The notes under the pieces were generated by a model. The model saw only the letters and a list, made by a program, of their open reading frames with translations, searched no databases and was not told the origin of the DNA. 64,000 nucleotides of DNA from Desulfomonilia bacterium (lineage in GTDB: Bacteria; Desulfobacterota; Desulfomonilia; UBA1062), in NCBI GenBank assembly GCA_050014195.1, contig JBEKDT010000001.1:320001-384000 (forward strand), in the 5' to 3' direction. Position 1 is the first letter of the stretch. Each line of letters begins with the position of its first letter. Below, in pieces: positions 16,970 to 26,577 of this stretch. Both the position numbers and the translations under genes were made by a program.

Positions 16970-17041
16970 CTGAGAGGGATGGATTCGAACCACCATAACG
17001 AGATCCAGAGTCTCGTGTCCTGCCAGTTAGACGACCTCTCA
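16970..17041 (-). tRNA. tRNA-Gln(CTG), divergent copy, CCA not encoded
   Basis: TGAGAGG-TC-GTCT..GGAC-A-CGAGA-CTCTGGA-TCTCG-TTAT-GGTGG-TTCGAAT-CCATC-CCTCTCA-G, followed by TCA. Confidence 0.88.
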
Positions 17042-17453
17042 TCAGCTTTGATTCATTTTATGATCATTTTATACCTGATTCAAGGGCTTTTCTAGGATCA
17101 ACAACCAGGATATGATAGGGTGCTTACCATATACCTCCAACAAAAATCAGAGCTTCTAAAACGCGGTATCAGAGAAGAACTGGTCTTTGCTGTCCACTGA
17201 GTTCAGTTCCAAGGGCCTATGGAGTTTGAGCAACACCCCTAGCCTTCGGTTTGCGCCTAATAACATGCGCTTTACTTCATTCAGACTACCATGTTTAGCA
17301 GCTTATATTTTGATCTTGCAAAAATCACATAAAAGAATCGTAAATATGAAATAAAACGATAATGTGTATATACATGGCGCCTGCATATTGTTAAAGTCAA
17401 TTATATCAATAAGATAAAATGATTTATTGTTCTGGCACAGGAATTGTATTTAA

Positions 17454-18212
17454 TTGGTAGTCGGTCTTTATTTAGAGAAAGAGGTATGCCATGAGAGATG
17501 CCTATGCCGGAGACGATATATCCTTGTTCACCTCATCGCTTTGTTACTGTGTGTAACGATCCTTGTTGTCACCATAGGGGTAAAGTTCAAAGAAGGCGGG
17601 TGGATAACGCTGCTCATTACTACTTGTCTAATAGCTCTTTGCTATGTCATTCACGGTCATTACCGGAAAGTAAGAAAAGGGGTGCGTTCGCTTGATGACA
17701 TACTCATGGGGATGTACCTGGAAGGCTCGAAAGTGAATACCGACCCGTGCGATCATGAGAATTTGACGGCTATACTCCTTGTAGGTGGTTACAGTGGATT
17801 CGGCCTCCATTCCTTTCTTTCGATCATAAGGACATTACCGAACGTGTACAAGAATTTCATCTTCATCACAATCGGCGAGATCCCCCCGGGCTCTTTCAAG
17901 GGTGCCGATGAAGTGGAATCTCTGAAATGGGCTGTGAAAGACGGGTTGAAAAAATACGTGAATGTCGCACGCAAGCTCGGGTTGCGGTCAGATTATCGAA
18001 TGGATATCGGGATTGATGTGGTTGATACGGCAACAAGTCTTTGTGAGACTGTAGCGATAGAGTTTCCCAGGTCAACAGTTTTCGCGGGCAAGCTGATATT
18101 CATGAAGGACGGCATTTTTCAAAGATTTCTCCACAATGAGACGGCATTTGCCATACAGCGCCGCCTCCAGTGGGATGGCGTGGCCATGATGATCCTGCCC
18201 ATTAGGGCATGA
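17454..18212 (+). pseudogene. C-terminal remnant of an APC-type (KimA/YdaO-like) transporter
   Basis: KFKEGGWITLLIT...IHGHYRKV...FLHNETAFAIQRRLQ; only the last two TM helices and the cytoplasmic domain are present; the RBS-linked ATG near 17491 is in another frame. Confidence 0.65.
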
Positions 18213-18536
18213 TTGTTACGGATAGCTTTTTACGCAAGTTCACCCAGAAGTATATATTACTGCGGAGATTGTTGCCCAAAAAATGGTTTGTACATTGATA
18301 AGGTTCCGGAGGTCTTGATCACTCGCTGACGTTACCAGAAGGATTCCTGATTTACTGGGTCTGACCTTCCCCCATATGACAGAACCGTTGATTCCTTTGA
18401 TTCCATATCGGGGTTTAGATGTCTGAAAACTGAACATATCGGTTTAAGATCTATGGTATTCAGCGCGTTTTTCGAAGATGACATGTGGAATAATCCAGGA
18501 TGATCAGATATAAATATATGTAGGGAGTTCACTTTC

Positions 18537-18722
18537 GTGGCAGATCAAAAGACGCAGCCATCAGAGATTAACTGTTTTACCTGTCAGCATTTCTACATCA
18601 CCTATGATCGCAACTTTCCTTATGGCTGTAGAGCGGTTGGTTTCAAGTCTCGATTAATGCCTTCTAAGGAGATGTATGTTAACTCAGGGATAGAGTGCCT
18701 GCTCTATAAGGAAAAAGATTGA
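18537..18722 (+). CDS. Small Cys-rich conserved hypothetical protein
   Basis: CFTCQHFYITYDRNFPYGCRAVGFKS..P...SGIECLLY; GGGAG RBS. Confidence 0.65.
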   Translation: MADQKTQPSEINCFTCQHFYITYDRNFPYGCRAVGFKSRLMPSKEMYVNSGIECLLYKEKD

Positions 18723-18942
18723 AAGCAATCTTCGCAAGCTTTCCCCTGGTTACAGCTATGCTGGTTCTAGATATTTTGAGGGACACATTTCATTTTCAAA
18801 TGACAACTTTCGGGTACATCCACGCACCGATTCCGACGAGAAGGGTTATTGAAATGAGCAATATAACCACATCTGTACCTACGCCATAGGCACTTACCGC
18901 CCCACTCACCATCAATGCACGCAATGCATCCACTTCATATGT

Positions 18943-19110
18943 CAATGGATCACCTCCGACATTGGAAATCCGCACCTAGAAAAGCAAGTTGCTGTTGTAA
19001 CCACTCTGATGAAAATATCACCCAATTGGAAGCCATTTGAAAGGAACTTTCGAAGAGCTTTCCCCTCTGGTCCCGAGCAAATGGAGTGGATTGAAGAAGA
19101 CGATATTTAA
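18943..19110 (+). pseudogene. C-terminal remnant of a P63C-domain protein
   Basis: Manual translation QWITSDIGNPHLEKQVAVVTTLMKISPNWKPFERNFRRAFP...; N-terminal part missing. Confidence 0.65.
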
Positions 19111-19124
19111 CTCAATTCGAAATA

Positions 19125-20480
19125 TTAGAAGTCGGTAATATTCCCCACTTCAAGTCCACGTTTTTTCATTGCGGCCCGGAATGTATTTTCGTCTGCTCCC
19201 GAGTTAACTAAATCCTCAATAAATTTACAGTTGCCCTTTCTAATGCCATCCATTTCTTTTTTGTGTTTTGTGCTAGCGTCTGAGTATTCTATAAATCCGT
19301 TTTTATAAATGACACGCTCAAAGTAAAAAGCTTGAGAATACTTTTTCTTTGAAGTTACATCCGTATAATGAATATAATAAAACGCATATTGATTGCCCTT
19401 GAGCTCCATCATTTTTATGCTCGGCTCATGAACAAATGTACTTCGACCAACCTGAATTTCATTTGTCCACGATTGAGGATGAGTAAGTAACGTCGGTATT
19501 GGATGAAGTTGAAAAATAAATGAGTATCCAAACATAGGCATAGCAGAACTCGTCCCAACATTAGTAATCTTAAAGTCTAATGATAGAACATTATTTAGTT
19601 TATCCATAATAAGTTTTGGCTCAGCAGTAAAAGATGGACGCCTTGCTTCGGAATTAGGCTGTTTAGGTAGTTTCTTAATAACCTCTTTTGCTATTTCTTC
19701 GGCTGATGGTGGTATTTTCTGTTCAGATTCTTTGGATTGTTCCGGGTTCCCTGGTTGTGGTAGAGGGGCCTTTAATGGTAAATTCATGCCAGGATATGGT
19801 TTAATCTGATGAGTTCTGTGTGAATGGTGCCAGTCATATTTACTTTCAATTTTATTTTCATTAATGTCGTAGCAACGCAAAACATATATAGCGGCGGTTC
19901 CCAATTGATTAGCATCATCTACCGTAAGATCATGTATAATGAATGGCAAAAATCCTACAATTTTCATCCCGCTCTTAATGGGTTCTTTCATAGTCTTATT
20001 ATATAGGGTTTCTGATTCATCAAGAACTACAGTTTCTCCGCCAATCATATCAAACATATTCTTTGGAGAAGAGCTTCTTATAATTTCTGGAGAATAACGA
20101 TGTGGAGTGGGGTTGTTTGGTAAATAAATATCAAGTTCCCAATGATCCGCAATACTTGGCTCACCATTGTTCTTAATGGCGGCACTCATGTATACAAAAG
20201 GCCTTGGTGGGACAACGTCCATATCTGCTCCCACCGCAACCTGATATACATTAAGATGAAGCCCTGGTTGAGTTTTTTTGTATTCATTCAACCACGCTAT
20301 ATAACAAGCCCAAAATAAGATCAGTAATGCAACACAAATACCCGATTTTCGTGTCATATGCTTTTCTTTGAGGACATGCCATAGCCAAATTACAGCCATA
20401 AAAATGCCCCCTGTAACATATATTGCCCAATTGGAAATGACGGACAAAAGAAAAATGGGTAAATTAGTAATGTAATCCAT
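19125..20480 (-). CDS. Hypothetical membrane-anchored protein (AT-rich)
   Basis: Two N-terminal TM segments, Pro-rich linker, two beta-rich domains. Confidence 0.7.
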   Translation of the reverse strand: MDYITNLPIFLLSVISNWAIYVTGGIFMAVIWLWHVLKEKHMTRKSGICVALLILFWACYIAWLNEYKKTQPGLHLNVYQVAVGADMDVVPPRPFVYMSAAIKNNGEPSIADHWELDIYLPNNPTPHRYSPEIIRSSSPKNMFDMIGGETVVLDESETLYNKTMKEPIKSGMKIVGFLPFIIHDLTVDDANQLGTAAIYVLRCYDINENKIESKYDWHHSHRTHQIKPYPGMNLPLKAPLPQPGNPEQSKESEQKIPPSAEEIAKEVIKKLPKQPNSEARRPSFTAEPKLIMDKLNNVLSLDFKITNVGTSSAMPMFGYSFIFQLHPIPTLLTHPQSWTNEIQVGRSTFVHEPSIKMMELKGNQYAFYYIHYTDVTSKKKYSQAFYFERVIYKNGFIEYSDASTKHKKEMDGIRKGNCKFIEDLVNSGADENTFRAAMKKRGLEVGNITDF

Positions 20481-20617
20481 GAAAAAACCATGTTATCATT
20501 TCTCCAGTTTATTTAAAATATGTTTAATGACACTACCTTTAACTGGGACATTCCGAAAAAGAATGATGTAGATAATTTAACACATGAAATATTAATATTT
20601 CGATAAATTTAGAAACC

Positions 20618-20917
20618 ATGAAGAGAAAAGGGTTCACACCTTATGGTCCATCAAAGGCTGCGTTAGAATCAATGAGCATAATTTGGGCTCAAGAATTGGA
20701 AGGGAGTGGAATTAATTTGAATATATTATTGCCAGGTGGGGCAACACTAACTGGAATGATTCCAGAAAACTTTTCTCAAGAACAAAAAACATTATTATTA
20801 AAACCTGAAATTATTGGACCAGCTGCCGTTTATTTAGCCTCTGATGAAGCAGAACATATTAATGGAAAAAGAATCACCGCTACAGAATGGAATAAAGAAA
20901 ATGGAATTAATATCTAA
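20618..20917 (+). pseudogene. C-terminal fragment of a short-chain dehydrogenase/reductase
   Basis: PYGPSKAALE (YxxxK) and NILLPGG..TGM; Rossmann N-terminus absent. Confidence 0.75.
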
Positions 20918-20999
20918 TTCATTAAAAGTATCTCGAATTGGATTAGGCTGTATGGAAATGTCAGAGTTTTATGGACTGAATCTCTGAATAGTTAGCAGG

Positions 21000-21239
21000 T
21001 TAATTTTCTCTTTGTATTGACTCCAACCTGAGTAAGTTGATATCGGTCTTCGGCTGATATTTGTGAATCAGTTCACCGATGGCCTCATTCACGAGAAGAG
21101 AAAGCTCTTTTCCCGTCAATGCGGAAAGAACAGTAAGGGCTTTTGCATACCGCTCTTCTATATAATAATTCCTTTTTATAAGCTTTGTATTCTTACCTTT
21201 GTTTCTCAGATCTAGTGGTTTCCTTCCTCTGGTGGCCAT
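21000..21239 (-). CDS. Small ribbon-helix-helix-like DNA-binding protein
   Basis: KRNYYIEERYAKALTVLSALTGKELSLLVNEAIGELIHKY pattern. Confidence 0.55.
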   Translation of the reverse strand: MATRGRKPLDLRNKGKNTKLIKRNYYIEERYAKALTVLSALTGKELSLLVNEAIGELIHKYQPKTDINLLRLESIQREN

Positions 21240-21410
21240 ATTACCCTCACTTTTCATTATTTTAATTCTTCTCTGTTATTCTATTCACACAATTTTAGAT
21301 GAGAAACCTTAGATACTGATTCATATTTCAGTATTTTGCAAAGGGCAAGTAAGTAAAAGCCTTGCATTACTAAAACTCATACTCCTCATGGTCTACAATC
21401 GAAGATTTTT

Positions 21411-23225
21411 TTATCTCAAGGTCTGCAGGTAAGACCTCAGGTTCACCTTGCTGTTTTTCAGCCCTGTTTTTGTGCGAATCTTATACCGGTACGTATGGAC
21501 AGTATTGAGAGAAATATTCAATATCTCTGCGATATCTTTCGAGTTCTTACCTTCTTTGATCAGTGATGCAACCTGTATCTCATTTGGTGTGAAGCCAAGG
21601 AATTCTGAGGAGACATTCCTGATAAAGGGCGAAATAAGCTCTCCCAAAAGGGATTTTATCATGGAGCTGACCCTCACCTGGCCCTCTGCAAGGCCGGATA
21701 ATTCCAGTTTTTCGATGTAAGGCAGGACAGAGGTCTTGATATTCGAGATAATATTCATCTCCATGTTGACCTTGTCCTCTTCCCTCTGTTTGAGCAGGAC
21801 TTTCAGTGCAGAATTCATCTCTTGAAGCTCCTGCCGCCCCTTCTCCAGTTCGAGCTCCCTATATCTCAAAGCAATTTCACTCGTTTTCCTTGCCTCGTTC
21901 TCCTGATTCAGCTGTTCGTATGCTTTTGTGAGTTCTGCTGTTCGTTCATTGATCAGATCTTCAAGTTTTTCACGGTGCTTCTTCAATTCCATCTCAGCGC
22001 TTTTGCGGTCGGTGATATCCCTGCCGAAGCCGCAGATATACTCCCTGTCCCCCATCTGAAGATAGGCGCACTTAATTTCCTTCTGTACCAGACGTCCGTC
22101 TTTTGTCCTGTGGACAGTTTCATACAGCGGATGATCTTTTGCCTTGATCTCCAGGAAAACGTCATAATATTTATTTCCGTAGATCGGATCGAACCCTGAA
22201 ACACCGATCTGGATCATCTCATCTATGGTATATCCGAGGCTCTGTGCCGCCGCTTTGTTCACATACTCAATCGACCCGTCAGGGTTGACGAGATAGATCT
22301 CTTCACCGGTCTCCTCCACCATGAACTTGAATTGCCCGAGTATCTTTTCGGCCTGCTTGCGGTCGGAGATATCACGCGATACCCCATGGATCCCAATGAT
22401 TTTACCTGAATCGTCCCGTATTGCAGTCACAACACATTCCATCCATACGGTGGAACCATTCTTGTGGTAATATTCCAGCTCCAACTTAATACTTCTGTTC
22501 GGGTCAGTGCCTTCATCCTGATCGCGCTTGAGTTCTGCACTCCAGACTTCTAGCGCTTGTGCATAAGATTCCGGGGTCAACGTTGCGGTGGCCTTTTGTC
22601 CCATACGCTCCTGTGCCGTATACCCCAAGATCCTTTCAACAACAGGACTGTCATAGGTGACATTGAAATCCAGATCCGCCGTCCAGACGATGTCGTTCAT
22701 GTTTTCTGTAAGAAATCGGTACTTGGCCTCGCTCTTGCGCAATGCCTCCTCGGTCTGCCTGCGTTCGGTGACATCCCTGCTCACCCCACGAAATCCGACA
22801 GGTCTGCCGGAATCATCCCTGATGAGGGTAACGGACATCTCGTGAATGCGTTTAGCTCCATCTTTCATGATGATCTCATAATCCCTTAGTAGTACGGGTT
22901 CTCCAGTTTTATAAATTCGGAGAAAGTCTTTGTAAAGGACTCTTGAAGTCTGTTCGGATGTATATTGATGGTAGGTCATGCCCACCAGTTCTTCCCTTGA
23001 GTACCCAAGCATCTTCGTTTCCGCGTCATTTACGAAGGTGAACTTACCGGAAAGATCAATCTCTGTGTAACCTTCTTCCATGGTATCGAGAATAGTCCGA
23101 TGTCTCTCATCACTCCCGCGCAGAGCGTCTAAAGCATCTCTGTAAGCTCTCACCTGCCTTTGCAGATTCTTACACTCACTCATCAATTCATCGTATGTCA
23201 GCTTTTTGGTCATACCACTCCCCAT
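21411..23225 (-). CDS. Triple-PAS + LuxR-HTH transcriptional regulator
   Basis: Three PAS/PAC repeats (RDVTER, RDISDR, RDITDR); FTPNEIQVASLIKEGKNSKDIAEILNISLNTVHTYR. Confidence 0.9.
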   Translation of the reverse strand: MGSGMTKKLTYDELMSECKNLQRQVRAYRDALDALRGSDERHRTILDTMEEGYTEIDLSGKFTFVNDAETKMLGYSREELVGMTYHQYTSEQTSRVLYKDFLRIYKTGEPVLLRDYEIIMKDGAKRIHEMSVTLIRDDSGRPVGFRGVSRDVTERRQTEEALRKSEAKYRFLTENMNDIVWTADLDFNVTYDSPVVERILGYTAQERMGQKATATLTPESYAQALEVWSAELKRDQDEGTDPNRSIKLELEYYHKNGSTVWMECVVTAIRDDSGKIIGIHGVSRDISDRKQAEKILGQFKFMVEETGEEIYLVNPDGSIEYVNKAAAQSLGYTIDEMIQIGVSGFDPIYGNKYYDVFLEIKAKDHPLYETVHRTKDGRLVQKEIKCAYLQMGDREYICGFGRDITDRKSAEMELKKHREKLEDLINERTAELTKAYEQLNQENEARKTSEIALRYRELELEKGRQELQEMNSALKVLLKQREEDKVNMEMNIISNIKTSVLPYIEKLELSGLAEGQVRVSSMIKSLLGELISPFIRNVSSEFLGFTPNEIQVASLIKEGKNSKDIAEILNISLNTVHTYRYKIRTKTGLKNSKVNLRSYLQTLR

Positions 23226-23594
23226 TTCATTAATTAACTTATTATATCACAAGCTGACGTCTATTCTAGCACATCCCATTCCCCCAATAGCCGCTTGGTG
23301 GCATAGATGAATTGGAATTAGAGAGTTATCTTTGGGTGGCATGTGCAGGGTCGAAGGCTTGCCCATGGAAAAGATCTTTTTAGTCAGTATAATCCCAGAG
23401 TGTATATTCCTTCGATATCTTATCGGTTTTGAGAAGGCTGAAAACTGAATATCTATTATAGTACTCTTTTCCCTGAATGAACACCTATCAGTTTACGCAG
23501 ATTAGGAGCATCATCCCCTCGATTTTGATAGCTAGTAGGGTTATAAAGTCATCAAGAATGGAGTGTTTCAGCCAATGTACTAAAGGAGGTACTC

Positions 23595-26510
23595 ATGCCC
23601 AAGCAAGGCTGGGAAAAGATGGTGAGTGATATCCCCTATGATCACTTGAAAGGGCCTTTCCAAATCATGGCTTATTCCGAATTCATGCCGGCACCACGTA
23701 TTGGGTGGCGTCCATATGGCATGAACCATCGTGCACCGCGTAATCCCGTAAACCCTTTTAACTGGCTGGTTAGTGAACGTGAACAGGCCTTTGAATTGAC
23801 ACCGGGTCTTCAGTTCATAGCAGGAGAGGTATTGCATGTTTTACAGCATCTGGAACAGGAACAGCCGGCATATGGCATCAACCGCACCAAACTCGATGGG
23901 AACTGTTATTGGCCGAAGGAGCTGGCTGAACTATCTGATAATCTCCCACATGAGCGTAATGTGATCTTCATGCCGCTGGCCCTCTCGAAAACACAAGATG
24001 ACAAGGGGCGTGTGCGCTGGACGTTCTTTGGCGGTAGTGAGCAAGGACCGGATCGCGCCTTCTGGAAGAGCTTCTATTACGCTCCCGGCCGGGAACGACC
24101 TGTCGATTATGCCCTGGATTTCGTACGCCGGTTACTGCAGGCTGCATATGGAGAGACGAAAGAGCAGCTGACCGACCTGCATCGTACAGGCTTCCGTATC
24201 ATGGAAGGTTCAGGAGAAACAGCCTGCAGACTCTGGCGGCAAGACTCCTTGCCAAGTTGGACAAAACCATTTTTGTTCAAGGAGCAGGAATCCCTCAGGG
24301 GGGTGAAATACCTGCTTACCTTCCGGCCATTCGGGACTTTACCACAAAAGGTTCGAAAGGCTTATTTAGCAGGTGATCTTCATCTTCTCCCCTGCCCCGG
24401 AAGCCTGATCTTTTGGGGTACCCCCCCTTTTATAAAGTTGCAGCGGGAACTTCCATTGGCAATGCAGATCCCTCTGCTCAACGTCTGCGAACGTCATGAA
24501 GCACTGCGCGGGTTACGAATTCCACAGTCAGGCTGGTTGCACGAACCGCGAATCGATAAATCCGAGTTAGGGCAAATTCAGGATAAGTTGCGCAACACCT
24601 ATCGGCGGACCCATCGCTGGGAGCGGGTTTATCGCTTCCAGGATGATCTTGCTGTATCCGGAGGAGAAGACCGTCTAGCACATGTGCTGTTCAGCTCTGA
24701 CCCGGGGGTTGTAGAACTTTACGGCAAGCCCATGGCACGGAACTCCCAGATCTGGAACGAACAGTATGAATTGCTTCTGGATGGGCCACGCGCCGGCCGG
24801 CAAGAGCTGATCAACGCCGCCCAGGTATTGCGCAAGGGAGGCAGGTTCGGCTACCGTTTTTATTTCCCACCGATGCGGGTTGGAAAATACGAGGTTTTCT
24901 GGCATCTCCCCCTGGCGGCCTTTCTTGACCCAAGGTCGCGCAAACCTCAACTGCTGAATGATGCACCATTAGGATACTTTACAGCTTATAACAGTGATAA
25001 ACCCGACTTGGCGAGGCCTGTTGAGCTCTGGCCCGAGTTGTTACATCGCCCAGAATATCTTGCAACTCTGAGCGGTTATGAGAGGCCTTATGAACATCAC
25101 GAACACCAGGTTGCACTGAATGCCCACAAACTCATGGAGGTCTCTGATTTTTTGGGTCAAAGTGAATTACCCAATGATTTCGCACGGGCTATTCTGAATA
25201 TCCCGAAGGATCAAACCATCAAAGAGTGGCTTGATCAGGTAGCTGCAGGGAACAGCCCGAATGCAAATGGGGATCTGCTATACCATACCCTGCGCAGGAT
25301 CATTGCTCCTCAAGTCGAAACATCTTTGCATTCATTGCCCAAACCGATAACTTTTCAATACACGGCAACCCGCGCCTTTGAGGTTGCATACTGGAAGACT
25401 ATCGCCAAGCTGGCAACAGGTCGCTTCATCAACAAGGACACTGCTGATTGTATAACCGATTCAGCCTCGCAAAAGCTTCTTAAGCACAAGAAGCGTGATC
25501 TGGGTGCACTTGGTGACTGGCTTCTTTCCTACTATCGAAGGGTCATCATCAAATACGGAATGCAAGGCAAAGCCTTGGCAGGTGATTTACCATTCCAGTG
25601 GCATACTGATTTCGATTTTTCATGGATGGGTGGTTGGAATGCCAATCAATCGGGTAAAGAGTATGAGCGCAATTTGTTAATAGTGATTCCGGGAAAGGAT
25701 CACGGACGCGCAGTAATCATGGCCGATCACTATGACACGGCTTATATGGAAGATCTTTATTATAAAAAGCTCGGGGGCACACTTGCCCGCATTGCCTCTG
25801 CCGGTGCGGATGACAACCACTCCGCAACCGCTGCACTCATGTTGGCGGCACCGGTTTTCATGCAGCTCAGCCAGGCCGGGCAATTAAATTGCGATATCTG
25901 GCTGGTGCACCTGACCGGCGAAGAGTTCCCATCGGATTGTTTGGGAGCAAGACACCTTGCACAGGGATTAGTGGAACGTTCCCTCAGGTTGCGTATGCCT
26001 GGTCAAAAGTCAGTTGATCTGTCGAAGGTTACCGTCGAAGGTGTTTATGTGCTCGACATGATCGCTCACAACCGTGATCATGACCACTACGTTTTTCAGA
26101 TTTCCCCCGGTCTTTGTCCGCAATCTTTCAGATTGGCATATCAGGCGCACAAAGCAAATATGATATGGAACACTGGGATAGAAAAGTGGAACAGACGCCC
26201 AGAACGACGCAAGAGTGGACCCTCTCATCGCAGTTCCGACGGCTTAACTATTCCAGAGCTTGCCCGGTACCCGCGCTTGCATGGAGAAGTCCGTCTTCCG
26301 CGTGATATGCGTAGTTCGCTTTATAACACCGATGGTCAGATCTTTTCTGATGTGGGAATTCCAGTGGTGCTCTTCATGGAGGATTACGACATTAGTCGAG
26401 TAGGCTACCATGACACTCATGACAACATGTCCAATATTGATCTTGACTATGGAGCAGCAGTGGCGGCCATTGCGATCGAGTCAGTAGCACGTGCTTGCAG
26501 TATATGCTGA
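23595..26510 (+). CDS. M28-family metallopeptidase with large uncharacterised N-terminal region
   Basis: ADHYDT, GADDNHSATAAL, TGEE, LDMI and YHDTHD in the C-terminal ~290 aa. Confidence 0.8.
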   Translation: MPKQGWEKMVSDIPYDHLKGPFQIMAYSEFMPAPRIGWRPYGMNHRAPRNPVNPFNWLVSEREQAFELTPGLQFIAGEVLHVLQHLEQEQPAYGINRTKLDGNCYWPKELAELSDNLPHERNVIFMPLALSKTQDDKGRVRWTFFGGSEQGPDRAFWKSFYYAPGRERPVDYALDFVRRLLQAAYGETKEQLTDLHRTGFRIMEGSGETACRLWRQDSLPSWTKPFLFKEQESLRGVKYLLTFRPFGTLPQKVRKAYLAGDLHLLPCPGSLIFWGTPPFIKLQRELPLAMQIPLLNVCERHEALRGLRIPQSGWLHEPRIDKSELGQIQDKLRNTYRRTHRWERVYRFQDDLAVSGGEDRLAHVLFSSDPGVVELYGKPMARNSQIWNEQYELLLDGPRAGRQELINAAQVLRKGGRFGYRFYFPPMRVGKYEVFWHLPLAAFLDPRSRKPQLLNDAPLGYFTAYNSDKPDLARPVELWPELLHRPEYLATLSGYERPYEHHEHQVALNAHKLMEVSDFLGQSELPNDFARAILNIPKDQTIKEWLDQVAAGNSPNANGDLLYHTLRRIIAPQVETSLHSLPKPITFQYTATRAFEVAYWKTIAKLATGRFINKDTADCITDSASQKLLKHKKRDLGALGDWLLSYYRRVIIKYGMQGKALAGDLPFQWHTDFDFSWMGGWNANQSGKEYERNLLIVIPGKDHGRAVIMADHYDTAYMEDLYYKKLGGTLARIASAGADDNHSATAALMLAAPVFMQLSQAGQLNCDIWLVHLTGEEFPSDCLGARHLAQGLVERSLRLRMPGQKSVDLSKVTVEGVYVLDMIAHNRDHDHYVFQISPGLCPQSFRLAYQAHKANMIWNTGIEKWNRRPERRKSGPSHRSSDGLTIPELARYPRLHGEVRLPRDMRSSLYNTDGQIFSDVGIPVVLFMEDYDISRVGYHDTHDNMSNIDLDYGAAVAAIAIESVARACSIC

Positions 26511-26577
26511 TTCTCAAAGAATCTGACTTTCCAACTATTTTATCTATAAAGATAAGAATAAAGTTATCGTTTATGCT

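Noticed and set aside
17100-17400. c-di-AMP (ydaO) riboswitch before the KimA-like remnant
   Set aside because: Could not find the conserved core by eye.
18537-18722. Uracil-DNA glycosylase label often attached to similar small proteins
   Set aside because: 61 aa with no UDG motifs.
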